64,000 bases of DNA from an uncultured virus (IMG/VR IMGVR_UViG_3300020213_000017) (taxonomy: Duplodnaviria > Heunggongvirae > Uroviricota > Caudoviricetes): the IMG/VR virus record IMGVR_UViG_3300020213_000017; one strand, given 5' to 3'. Positions 37,882 to 47,460 of this stretch are shown here, in pieces. The notes under the pieces were generated by a model. That model saw only the letters and a program-made list of their open reading frames with translations. It was not told where the DNA came from and did no database searches. Both the position numbers and the translations under genes were made by a program. Every line of letters starts with the position of its first letter. The first letter of the stretch is position 1.

Positions 37882-38661
37882 TTATTCTTTTTTTGTCAAA
37901 CCTTCGATATTGAGGATGTCAGTGATCTTCTTGGTAGATTTCTTGTCTTGTTCATCCCAAGATTTCATGATATCTGCTACGATTTTTTCTTGACCATTGA
38001 TTGCCGCTTTATCTTTGTCGGTAAGATTTGCAGCCGCTTGTTTGTTAGCGTTTACGTTAAATGTGGGTTTTAAACCGCTCATTTTCTTAGCATGTTTTTT
38101 TGTAGATTTTTTCATGGTATTGCCGATCTGTTTGATGGCATTCATAGACTTGTGAAGGTCGCGAGCCTCTTTGAAACGTTTGATTCCAATCAAAGATTTC
38201 TTGAGCTGTTCTACGGATACTTCAGATTTTCCCATAGTCATCTGTTCGAGTTGAGAAATGTGAGAATCCAGCTCAGAACCATCAACTGGAGCAGCTTCAG
38301 GATCAGCTTCAGAACCATCTAGTCCAGGCTGTCCAGGCTGTCCAGCACCGCCCATATTGGGGTCTTGGTTAGGGTCTTCACTGTCGCCTTCACCAGGCAT
38401 CCCAGATTGACCAGGAAGAGCATCGCCCATTCCATCTCCATCGGAATCGGAATCATCGCCCTCGCCGCCACCAAAACCATTTGCCTCAGCGTTAGATTGT
38501 TGTTGAGCCTGTTGTTCAGCGGCTTGCTGTTGTCCAGCAGCCATTTCCGTCTGAGAATCTTTTTGGCCATTTTCATAACCAAGACGGAAGGCCATATCTA
38601 CGGAGCTCATGAACTTAAGCTTAATCTGTTCGTATTTTACTTTGTAATTGATTTCACTCAT
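37882..38661 (-). CDS. Low-complexity putative internal head protein
   Basis: Acidic G/D/Q-rich centre, basic C-terminus, MGKSE/LKKSL/LHKSM motifs. Confidence 0.6.
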   Translation of the reverse strand: MSEINYKVKYEQIKLKFMSSVDMAFRLGYENGQKDSQTEMAAGQQQAAEQQAQQQSNAEANGFGGGEGDDSDSDGDGMGDALPGQSGMPGEGDSEDPNQDPNMGGAGQPGQPGLDGSEADPEAAPVDGSELDSHISQLEQMTMGKSEVSVEQLKKSLIGIKRFKEARDLHKSMNAIKQIGNTMKKSTKKHAKKMSGLKPTFNVNANKQAAANLTDKDKAAINGQEKIVADIMKSWDEQDKKSTKKITDILNIEGLTKKE

Positions 38662-38662
38662 A

Positions 38663-40534
38663 TTAGGTTCCTACGTTTTCGTCTTCTTCTAAGGCGTCTT
38701 CGATGTTCATTTTTAAGAATTCTAGGGCAAAAGGCTTAGTCGCATAAAAAGCTTTTAGGGCAAGTGGGTTTACTTGGGCTAACAATTGTAGATTCTGTAG
38801 AAAAAAGGGATCTCTTTTATATTGTAGCAAGGGATCTACGTAAGCAGTAGGATCTTTGAAGAACTGAGCCCTAAGCTCAGAAACGTTCATGTACTTGTCT
38901 ATAATAATCTGCCAACGCTCATTAAAAGGGAATTCGCCACCAAGAGTGTGTCCGATAGGCTCTTTATCTACTTCTTTTAAGGTCTGGTCGTAATTCATGT
39001 GTACAGCCATGTCTTGCTGTAATCGAGTAGACTCTTGCTCTTTGGACTGAGCATCAATGCCAGCGAACCTAACCTCTGCAATTTTTGCAAGCAAAGGGTC
39101 AATCAAAGGAAGAAGCTTTTCGTTAAAGAAGGTCTGGAACTTCAAGATTAAAGGACGTAGACCAGTATCACGAGCAGCGGTAAGCTTGAATTCGTTATTT
39201 GATTCAGATAGGGTCTGCGAGTTAGTACCACGAGAAAGGTGTGAGTAGCCAGGAAGCTCGTCAGGAGACATATTGAAAGCAGAAAGAATGTTACGAGCAA
39301 TCTGATCGTACATGAACTGGAAGTCGTCGTCACGAGCGCCCTCATTCATCGCCAACCAGTCAACTTGGTCTTCTTTTCCAATACCAAAAATAGGAGTACG
39401 GAAAGAATTACTTACGCTATTAATAGAAGCGTTGAACTGAAGCTTCATGTTGTCAAGTGTAGCCTGATCTACTTCATCAGATTTGATCACAAGCATACCC
39501 TTAGAGGCACGACCGTTTTGAAAATAGAGCTTTTTATAGGCATCGATAGAAATATGGGTAGTAATAGAACTGATCGCAGTATCCATTGGCGATACTGGAT
39601 AGCCATTGTGTTCGATATCGGTAGAATCGTAAAGATTGTAAACAATCATCTCATCATGCGTAAAGGCTTGACGAGGGGTTCCCTCAATTACCTGTAGCCA
39701 AGCATATTCGTCTTCTTGAAGCCTGTCAAAGTCAATCTTAAAGTTCTCACCAGTCAAGGACTGAAGAGCTTTGATTGCGGTTAGGCGCAGTGTGTTTCCT
39801 AGCATTTCACCCTTGCGAACAGCGCGATAAATAGTAGCAACGTCTAGAGCGCGAAACCGGAAAAATGGAAAACGACCATCAGAGCCTGGTTCTTCTCCGC
39901 GATCATAAATAATCTCAGTAGCAAAACGACCAAATGTCAATCCATTGCGAGCTTGAATATCTATAAAATCAGCTAATGTGGTCCTATCTTGTTGTTCAAG
40001 ACCTTCTGTGTGTCCACAGTTGACGAGTACTGCCTCAAGATTCTTGATACGCATTCGTACTTTGGCCAATTGCTCTGGAGTAAAGACTTTTTCAAACTCC
40101 TGTTTAATAGCGATTTCCATTCCTATATCAAATCTGTTTTTACGAGGATGGCCAAATAGGCTCATCATGTTGCCGCGAGCACGTAGGATAGCAGCGATCA
40201 AGTGATCGGTTACGCGAATTTGTTTTAAAATCTCATCAGGCACCAGCCTGCGCTTGGATTTGAACAGACCAAGATAATTGTCAGAAGGTGCTGGGTTTTC
40301 AGTAAAAGCTAAACGAGGGGCTTTCCTGCTTGCAGAACCAGAAGCACTTTTAATAGCAGCAAGCAAGGGCGATATGGGGCTAGAGCTTTCATAGCCACCC
40401 TTGGCAAGGGTAGCCTCTTCTGTATCAGAAACGGTAAACAACATCTTCTTTTTAGAATCGACTGAGGCTACAGCAGATTGCAAAGCAACAATTGCAGCTT
40501 CTATTTGGTCTGGAGTTTTGTTGTCATTGTCCAT
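38663..40534 (-). CDS. Portal protein
   Basis: 623 aa; FRALD.ATI, GYPVSP, YFQNG...GML, AF.MSPDEL, GLRPL. Confidence 0.9.
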   Translation of the reverse strand: MDNDNKTPDQIEAAIVALQSAVASVDSKKKMLFTVSDTEEATLAKGGYESSSPISPLLAAIKSASGSASRKAPRLAFTENPAPSDNYLGLFKSKRRLVPDEILKQIRVTDHLIAAILRARGNMMSLFGHPRKNRFDIGMEIAIKQEFEKVFTPEQLAKVRMRIKNLEAVLVNCGHTEGLEQQDRTTLADFIDIQARNGLTFGRFATEIIYDRGEEPGSDGRFPFFRFRALDVATIYRAVRKGEMLGNTLRLTAIKALQSLTGENFKIDFDRLQEDEYAWLQVIEGTPRQAFTHDEMIVYNLYDSTDIEHNGYPVSPMDTAISSITTHISIDAYKKLYFQNGRASKGMLVIKSDEVDQATLDNMKLQFNASINSVSNSFRTPIFGIGKEDQVDWLAMNEGARDDDFQFMYDQIARNILSAFNMSPDELPGYSHLSRGTNSQTLSESNNEFKLTAARDTGLRPLILKFQTFFNEKLLPLIDPLLAKIAEVRFAGIDAQSKEQESTRLQQDMAVHMNYDQTLKEVDKEPIGHTLGGEFPFNERWQIIIDKYMNVSELRAQFFKDPTAYVDPLLQYKRDPFFLQNLQLLAQVNPLALKAFYATKPFALEFLKMNIEDALEEDENVGT

Positions 40535-40573
40535 ATTCTACCTTATATCGTAATCATGTCGCTTTTGACCAAA

Positions 40574-41518
40574 CTATTCAATTGCAGCAACGTAAACAGA
40601 TGCTGGATCAGTGCTTTGATTTGTGATAGCCAAAGACCACATTGTTGCGGTTTTAACAAAAATACCAGGCTTATTACCTACCAAGAAAGGTTCAACATCT
40701 CCTGTTGCTATCCCGTTGATAATTAGAGAAACCTTTTCAGATGTTTCTAAATATACAAATTGCTTAGCAGCGGAGTAAATAGCTAGAGCATTGGTGGTCA
40801 CACTTGCTTCTGTTGGCAAGACCTCAAGACTGGAAAATTCTACAAGATTGTCAGAAACGGCAGTGATCTTATAAGCATCGCGGCTTATAATTGAAAATCC
40901 ACCAGTGATATTGAGGGTGTCATCTACCTGTACGCCCAAGGCCCCGTAAACACGAAGCTGATCATCAAAACCAGCAGCAAGAGTGATTGGCCCCTGAGCA
41001 ACACCAATATCATTTTTTACAGTAAGACTGGTGGCTGTTAAGGCTAATATTTTCCATTCGCCTTGGTTGTTGACATCAAAAAGGCTGCCTAGACGAACGT
41101 AGTCGCCAACCACAGCGCCGCCAGCGATCAGGCTAAGGGCTGTGCCACCAGTCGATGTAAAAATCAATAGTGGACCGTTTTGAGTCACTGTTATTTGAGT
41201 TGTAGCGTCAGCTGCTGAGCTGCGAGCTGTACGAAAAGCAGGTGCAGTGCCAGAAATGTGCTTAAGAACATAAATAGAGGATGCGCCGACTTTTAAGGCC
41301 AAAGAGTAGACAGTGCTGCCGTCCTGGGACAAAGCTCTGGTGCCATCAAAGACGGTCTTAGACTCACCTGGAGCTAGGCTTAATTCTTGACTTAAAGGCT
41401 TTGATGCTGATAGGCCATTGATTTCCCTACTCCATTTGAAGTTCTGGAAATTTGGCTGGTTTGTAGAGGCAGCGTCTTTGTAAGCATTGAGAAAGAATAA
41501 TAAATTAAATTTAGACAC
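40574..41518 (-). CDS. Putative virion structural protein
   Basis: 314 aa, S/T/G/A-rich beta protein between terL and portal; GGAGG RBS. Confidence 0.6.
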   Translation of the reverse strand: MSKFNLLFFLNAYKDAASTNQPNFQNFKWSREINGLSASKPLSQELSLAPGESKTVFDGTRALSQDGSTVYSLALKVGASSIYVLKHISGTAPAFRTARSSAADATTQITVTQNGPLLIFTSTGGTALSLIAGGAVVGDYVRLGSLFDVNNQGEWKILALTATSLTVKNDIGVAQGPITLAAGFDDQLRVYGALGVQVDDTLNITGGFSIISRDAYKITAVSDNLVEFSSLEVLPTEASVTTNALAIYSAAKQFVYLETSEKVSLIINGIATGDVEPFLVGNKPGIFVKTATMWSLAITNQSTDPASVYVAAIE

Positions 41519-41556
41519 TCGAAAGCCTCCTATAAGCTATTACAGTTAAGATTGCG

Positions 41557-43038
41557 TCAGAAGTTAAAATGAAACCCACCTTTTTTGCCCGTCCCGCCCT
41601 TAAAAGCTGTTCCCTCTAACCTGTTTAATAGCTCCTGCTTCATCAGCTCGGAATTTTCGACATTCTGAACCATTACAGCAGTATTCCCAGTAGCGTCAGC
41701 GGCCATACTGGGTTTCTGGGGTCCACGGATAGGAAACATGTTTTGGCCAACGTAACGCATAGCATCGGCGCTATCTGCGACCCCAGGGGTATCATCTGGG
41801 ATAAGAGAAGGGTTACCCGCACTGTCTAGCTTGAAATGGTGTTTTTGAAAGGCTGTAATTACTTTTTCACAGTTTTCCGTATTAAAAACCTTAAGCAAAC
41901 GCCTGCTGTTACCATCTAAGATCTTAGAACGCAAAGATTCAATTCCACCCATAACATCTTTGGTGAAAGAAGGAGATTTCATATGGTTCTTGTTAAAAGA
42001 TTTGATATTCGCAGGCATAGCCTGGTCACACCACCATTTATCCATACGGTACTTATCGCGATAGTCTTTAGCGATTTCCAAGATGTCAGAAAATTCTAGA
42101 CCGGCCATTGAATAACAGTCTACAATCCATATTTCACCATTAGGGATTATGGCAAAAACAACGATTACGAAATCGTGAGTATAACCCCAGTCCACTCCAG
42201 CGTAGAATGCAATTCCAAGCTGCTGCATCTTCCAAAGAAGATCGGCTTCTGAAATCTTCTTTTTATGAGGAGGATCACCAACAAGGGTTTCCCAGGCTTT
42301 TTCAAGACTGATCACGTTGCCGGTATCGAGTGTGGACTCAAAGCGAGGGTACACCATTCCTTTAGTGGATGGCTTCCAGCAAAGAAGCTGTGCCTCTGCG
42401 CGATCAGGGCCGGTCTTCTTAAAAGTGTTAATCACAGCGCCTACGGGCTTAAACAAGCCGCCAACATCATTGGCTGGACGAGCTGCTAGCCTGGTCTTGC
42501 ATACCGGCAAGAGTTTGCAACTGGAGCATCCAGCATGGGCTTGCGGAATGAGGTCGAACTTGTCCTTTTCCACATCTTGTAGATCTGAGTAGTCTTCTAC
42601 ACTCATCTGTTTTAGAGGCAAGGCTTTTGCTACATACCGGTCTTCTTTTGGCTCATTTGGCCTATGGCGACTATCAGGGCAACGCTCCGTAACATCTAAA
42701 AGATTCCACCTAAGAATCTTATCACCTGATATTGGAGCCAGGTCAAGTTCCTTCTGCATGAGTCCAAATGCAAATTTACGAGTAGATAGCTTCACGGTAA
42801 CCGGATGTAATCCCTTAGCATAACCAGGAATGAGCTTAGCCTCTTCATAGGCTTGAGGATTTGCCACCACGTCGATTTCGTCTACGAACATCATGTTTGT
42901 ATGCTCAGAATTGTGAGTAAGCGCCTGCTCCACAAAGTAGTTGTGGTTATCAGCAACGGTAAAGTCCAACATTGGAACCTCTACGTTTGACCTTTTAATA
43001 CTTTTTATCTTTACTTTTTTCACAAGAAAATCTCCCAT
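41557..43038 (-). CDS. terL: Terminase large subunit C-terminal part, preceded by split-intein C fragment (43 aa)
   Basis: IntC VKIKSI..MLDFTVADNHNYF...LTHN|S; then Walker B MMFVDE, GVDWGY and D.ADAMRY nuclease motifs. Confidence 0.9.
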   Translation of the reverse strand: MGDFLVKKVKIKSIKRSNVEVPMLDFTVADNHNYFVEQALTHNSEHTNMMFVDEIDVVANPQAYEEAKLIPGYAKGLHPVTVKLSTRKFAFGLMQKELDLAPISGDKILRWNLLDVTERCPDSRHRPNEPKEDRYVAKALPLKQMSVEDYSDLQDVEKDKFDLIPQAHAGCSSCKLLPVCKTRLAARPANDVGGLFKPVGAVINTFKKTGPDRAEAQLLCWKPSTKGMVYPRFESTLDTGNVISLEKAWETLVGDPPHKKKISEADLLWKMQQLGIAFYAGVDWGYTHDFVIVVFAIIPNGEIWIVDCYSMAGLEFSDILEIAKDYRDKYRMDKWWCDQAMPANIKSFNKNHMKSPSFTKDVMGGIESLRSKILDGNSRRLLKVFNTENCEKVITAFQKHHFKLDSAGNPSLIPDDTPGVADSADAMRYVGQNMFPIRGPQKPSMAADATGNTAVMVQNVENSELMKQELLNRLEGTAFKGGTGKKGGFHFNF

Positions 43039-43175
43039 CTTATTTTTCCACAGTCCCAGATGCGGTCATACCCTAAAGATAAGGCCATCTCTGTCCCTGT
43101 GTTTCCTGTAGCGCCTTTGATCAGCAAGCTCTTTTTCTTACAAGACTGTTTTGCGCACCGACGCCCTCGCAAACT
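43020..43175 (-). pseudogene. 3' remnant of a homing endonuclease gene between the split-intein halves
   Basis: Reads SLRGRRCAKQSCKKKSLLIKGATGNTGTEMALSLGYDRIWDCGKIRWEIFL*, matching the C-termini of 26336..28039 and 44167..45600. Confidence 0.85.
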
Positions 43176-43195
43176 CTAGGTCATGTCTTGTCGGT

Positions 43196-44005
43196 CTATT
43201 TGACACTTAAATAATCCTCTTCAGTCAAATCCTTGGCCTCCATATAGCCCTTGCCTTCTATGTAAAACCTGTGTTCAGGAGAACATTTGATAATTGACCC
43301 ATTTTCTAATTCTATCGTGACTAAAGTTTTGATAGAGTCGAATGTGTGGGTGACTTCTTTATATTCCAACTCATTTGTTTTATGGTTAAAAGACAGGACC
43401 ATTACGCATTCATTGTTTCTGACCAAATCATATACTTCTTGAGCGGAAATATTGCCCCTGTCTGTATCAAGCACCATAGCAGGATCTATACAGTTAGCGC
43501 CAGCCATCGTGGCCACAATTACGCGAATGTAAGCGTCATCGCCTTCTTTTGTACGAAAGCTTACCTTACTCTTGTTTTCACTGGTTTTAGACCAACCCGA
43601 TACTTCCAAAAGAGGTTGGATTTTGTTGAAAAAGAAATTGATATACTGAATAGCCTTAGCAGACTGGGCCTGAATCGCTGCCAGGTGAGCGATGGTTAGT
43701 CTGAAATGTACCAAAAGAAGGGTTTCTAGAATGGAGGCAGAAAGCGTTTTATAACCTTCCCGCGCCGAAAGCATGATGTAACCAGGATTATCTTCACCTT
43801 TATTTTCTTTAATACAGGAGTAGATCTCCCACATTGCCTCAATTGGACTGGAATTCGAATCTGGATCAATATGTCCAATTGGCATGTCAAGACCAAAGAA
43901 GAATACGATCCATTCTCTTAGTTTGTCAGCTGACTCAAGAGGTTTGAACATTTCTTCCGCTAAGGCTTTTTTCTCTTCAGGAGGTAAGTCTTTAAAATTG
44001 ATCAT
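43196..44005 (-). CDS. terL: Terminase large subunit N-terminal part, followed by split-intein N fragment (98 aa)
   Basis: Walker A-like SAREGYKT; ...MAGAN|CIDPAM (block A), CSPEHRF (block B), EAKDLTEED. Confidence 0.9.
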   Translation of the reverse strand: MINFKDLPPEEKKALAEEMFKPLESADKLREWIVFFFGLDMPIGHIDPDSNSSPIEAMWEIYSCIKENKGEDNPGYIMLSAREGYKTLSASILETLLLVHFRLTIAHLAAIQAQSAKAIQYINFFFNKIQPLLEVSGWSKTSENKSKVSFRTKEGDDAYIRVIVATMAGANCIDPAMVLDTDRGNISAQEVYDLVRNNECVMVLSFNHKTNELEYKEVTHTFDSIKTLVTIELENGSIIKCSPEHRFYIEGKGYMEAKDLTEEDYLSVK

Positions 44006-44057
44006 TTAATTTTCACGCAAGGAAACCCCGCTCATTAGGCATGGGGAGGAATTGCGT
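44006..44057 (+). mobile_element. IS200/IS605-like left-end hairpin remnant abutting the terL start codon
   Basis: ACGCAA-GGAAACCCC...GGGGAGGAA-TTGCGT imperfect hairpin; 23 bp identical to 4931-4953 (reverse complement). Confidence 0.5.
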
Positions 44058-44166
44058 TCTCCATTTGTTGCGATATTCTAAAAGAGGTTTTTCGTCATGA
44101 ATCATTGAAGCTTACCAATCAGATCAAAGAAAGCAGGGATGTTATCTAGGTTATATCATACGTGGT

Positions 44167-45600
44167 TCATCTTTTTAACTTTAAAGCCCACCTTTTCTTT
44201 CCACAATCCCAAATTCTGCCATAGCCTAGATTGATAGCCATTTCTCTTTCAGTATTACCAATGGCACCCCGCTCAATCAACTTGTTCTTGGTCATAGACT
44301 GCTTAGACACTCTTTTTGATTTTTTCACGTAGCTATAGTCTGGCGCTAACTCTTCTTCTAACTCAAAACCTAGCTTTTTATAAACATTGCCTTCGGACCA
44401 TCTGTTATCAGACCAAGAAACTATTTTGGAATAATCATTGTTTTTAGAGTATTCCATTAGGGCTCTCAAAAGCTTGGAAGAACCACCGGTCACGCTAATG
44501 CCTGATTTAAAGGCTAGTCTGTTGAGCACTAGCTGATTTGCTTTAATATTCCTGTGATGCCTGTTGCCAGTGACTACGCCTACAAGCTCATCCCTACAGT
44601 ACAAGCCAAAAGCGACTTCTAGACCGCAAGACCCTTGAATATGATTTTCTTCAAGAAACTTACAAGCTTCTGCTTTTCCTACTTGCTTAAGGTTTGTTTT
44701 TCTAGCAAAGATTTTTCTATTATTCTTTTTCAATACAGATCGAAGAAATCCTTTTACCTGATCTTTGCGTTCTAACCACTCATCTTCAAAAATTGTTATG
44801 AGACGAATATTTACAGTATTGGTCATTGTCATTTTGTCGAAATGATAATTTCTATTTTTATACAGATCGGAATGCCAATAAAGTCCACAGTATTCTATGG
44901 CCAAATTCAGGCACGGCGTATAGACATCTAGCTCTAGTGGGCCGATAACGTCTCTGACATTTTCTTTAGTGTCTGCATTCAGACTGTGTATAAAATCAAA
45001 CATCTCGTCTTGAGATTTGGATCTTCCCTTAGAGCATTTTTGACATCCGTATCCATACATAAATCTCTCTAAAGACGCCTTGAAAGGGCCATGAACAGGG
45101 CACACAACGCTTAATAGCGACTGAGAATCGCTGTAAGACTCAAATTTTGGCAAATAGCCAGCTTTTGTTATTCTATTTTTTACTTCTTCTATGTCAAGTC
45201 TGTTGTTTTTTGTCTTAGAAATAAGACTGCATTTTGGACATCTTTTGCCTTGTTTTAAGCCGTCGTAGCTTGCAAAGAATTTGCCATGGGAAGAACACGA
45301 TATCTCCAGTTTGTCTTTGGCCCTTTTGTAGGAGTCAAACAATGGGACATAGCCCATTTTGACTATTTCTAACCTGACGTGTTCCAGAGACAGAGATTGT
45401 TTGTTACCACCAAAACTATAGCCGCATTTGGGACATATACTGGTCCGTATGATGTTGCTATAAGTAGAGGTAAAATTACCATGAACAGGGCAGTGCAGAT
45501 CAAGATCAGATTTTCTGTTTTTGTAAGAATTGGACAATAGAGAAAACCCTCTTTTCTCTACATACTGTCTAATTATCTGTATGTCTGTCCTTTTGCTCAT
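44167..45600 (-). CDS. Free-standing homing endonuclease-like protein (Zn-ribbon repeats, PD-(D/E)xK nuclease, GNAT-like domain)
   Basis: Three CxxHG..F...CxKC units, ELDVY..IEYCGLYWH, IFEDEW, RIWDCGKKRW. Confidence 0.75.
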   Translation of the reverse strand: MSKRTDIQIIRQYVEKRGFSLLSNSYKNRKSDLDLHCPVHGNFTSTYSNIIRTSICPKCGYSFGGNKQSLSLEHVRLEIVKMGYVPLFDSYKRAKDKLEISCSSHGKFFASYDGLKQGKRCPKCSLISKTKNNRLDIEEVKNRITKAGYLPKFESYSDSQSLLSVVCPVHGPFKASLERFMYGYGCQKCSKGRSKSQDEMFDFIHSLNADTKENVRDVIGPLELDVYTPCLNLAIEYCGLYWHSDLYKNRNYHFDKMTMTNTVNIRLITIFEDEWLERKDQVKGFLRSVLKKNNRKIFARKTNLKQVGKAEACKFLEENHIQGSCGLEVAFGLYCRDELVGVVTGNRHHRNIKANQLVLNRLAFKSGISVTGGSSKLLRALMEYSKNNDYSKIVSWSDNRWSEGNVYKKLGFELEEELAPDYSYVKKSKRVSKQSMTKNKLIERGAIGNTEREMAINLGYGRIWDCGKKRWALKLKR

Positions 45601-45615
45601 TTATCAATTGTATCA

Positions 45616-47388
45616 TTATGGGCGATTATTAGCTTCATTAACGTACGCATTTGGGTTGGAGGTTACACGGCCAAAGTCAGCATCTGCTCTAGCCTCTGTC
45701 CGTTCAAAAACATCATCACGAGGATGACATACTAAGCCGCCCATTGTTCCAAGCACATTCGCAAGAGATACTGCGTTTGACAAGGACTCTTGTACAGCCT
45801 TTGTAGCATCGAACAGGCCTAATTCTTTTGCGTCACCGTAAACCTGATTCTCAATGTCATATACGATAGAAGGATCGTTCAAAAGGATTTCCAAAACTTC
45901 TTTAGATTCGGCTGGAGTATATCCAGCATTGTCGAGCAGTTTGTGATGTAGGCTTAACAAAGAAGGCACTAAAACGTCACGGGCTGGGTCACCTGCTTCT
46001 AGTTCGGTCATAAGCAGCATTGTCATGTCTAGGGCAATACGACATCCACCTGGTAGAGCACCGTGAGAAATTGCAGAACGAACCGCACATACCGCGTCTT
46101 CGCAGCGATCGTGCGCTTCTTTGAGCTCGCCGTTAGATCCGCCGTAAATGGTTAATTTAGCAATACCGTTAGTGATCTTACCAATACGCTCTTCTAAGAA
46201 GATCTTCTCAGCTTGACTTTCAGAACGATCTTTCATGATTCTAAGCTCTTCAGCACGAACCTCAATATTGGTTGGGTCTGGATCACCAATCACAGTGGAG
46301 CGAAAACGATAGCACTCAAAAGATTCCATGCTGCCGCCTAAATCGGCAATAGTAGCAGTATTGATCTGATCTTTCATGCCGAATACGCGAGAGCCGGTAA
46401 AAGCGGCTAAATCCTGCAGAAACTGAAGCTGGCTATTGATGAATTGAGCCATTGGGGTAACCAGGGGCACAACGTTCAGGGTAGAGGGGTTTGAGAAGTT
46501 GAAAGCAAGATTTGTGAGCACGTTTTCAGAAAAACCATGAGCTACGATTACAACGTTTTTATAATCACTGTCGCCGTCTTCTACGTATTTTTTACCAAGA
46601 ACGTCTAGAAGATCGTGGAACGCCATGAGATCGTTTACCTGACCGTCAAACAGGATAAACAGGGGGTTCTCAAGAAAACAACGTTGATTTGCTTGGTCAT
46701 TAATAAAGGCAGTGTGAAATTTGCCAATAGACTCTTCATAGCCAGCAGGAATGGGGAATCCGTCGATACGTTCGACTTTATAGCCTTGAGGGCCTGATAG
46801 TTCTCGGATTGTTACGTGAGAGGCGTCTCCGTATCCAATTTCTTCAAAGGCCTTAATTACAGCAGCCGCCATGTCTTCATCGCCATTGGCGGATACCTTG
46901 GCTACCATTTTGAGTAATTCTTGATTGTCTACTCCAACAGGGATACTGCGCTCTTTGATATAAGGGACAAGGCGTTCGCGTGTTATTTTAGCGATGCGAC
47001 GAGCAGCTTTTTGAGGACTGTACTTCTTGTTTTTTTCACAGAATTCGAATAAATTAGAGATGATATTGTACGCGAGCACGGTTGCCGTGGTAGTACCATC
47101 GCCAGCTTCAGTAGCAGTACGTTGAGCCACATCACGGGCTTGTTCTATGATAAGATGTTCGTATGGGTCAATAGCACCAAGGCTCTTAAAAACAGTCACT
47201 CCGTCTTTGGTGTTTTTGTTAGGAATACCTGGAAAGTCTGATTCAATCAATACGTTTCTACCGCCTGGACCCATAGTTGAGCCAACCGCTTCGGAAACAC
47301 GGTGCATAGTGCTTAAAACCTTATTCCTGAGCCTACTAGGGTTTACTTCAAAAATTTTAGGTGCGCTTTTTGCCTTGCGAAATGACAT
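45616..47388 (-). CDS. groEL: Phage chaperonin, GroEL-like
   Basis: TMGPGGRNV, TKDGVTV, AGDGTTT, SANGD, EDAV.A, PGGC. Confidence 0.92.
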   Translation of the reverse strand: MSFRKAKSAPKIFEVNPSRLRNKVLSTMHRVSEAVGSTMGPGGRNVLIESDFPGIPNKNTKDGVTVFKSLGAIDPYEHLIIEQARDVAQRTATEAGDGTTTATVLAYNIISNLFEFCEKNKKYSPQKAARRIAKITRERLVPYIKERSIPVGVDNQELLKMVAKVSANGDEDMAAAVIKAFEEIGYGDASHVTIRELSGPQGYKVERIDGFPIPAGYEESIGKFHTAFINDQANQRCFLENPLFILFDGQVNDLMAFHDLLDVLGKKYVEDGDSDYKNVVIVAHGFSENVLTNLAFNFSNPSTLNVVPLVTPMAQFINSQLQFLQDLAAFTGSRVFGMKDQINTATIADLGGSMESFECYRFRSTVIGDPDPTNIEVRAEELRIMKDRSESQAEKIFLEERIGKITNGIAKLTIYGGSNGELKEAHDRCEDAVCAVRSAISHGALPGGCRIALDMTMLLMTELEAGDPARDVLVPSLLSLHHKLLDNAGYTPAESKEVLEILLNDPSIVYDIENQVYGDAKELGLFDATKAVQESLSNAVSLANVLGTMGGLVCHPRDDVFERTEARADADFGRVTSNPNAYVNEANNRP

Positions 47389-47460
47389 GGTTAATCTCCT
47401 GGTTGATAATATTCTATATCATACGTGTTGTTATTTTTTGCTAATTTGATATAATAGGAC

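Noticed and set aside
43039..43195. Group I intron or sequencing frameshift interrupting terL
   Set aside because: Both flanks have intact split-intein termini with their own stop and start codons, and the gap is explained by an endonuclease remnant
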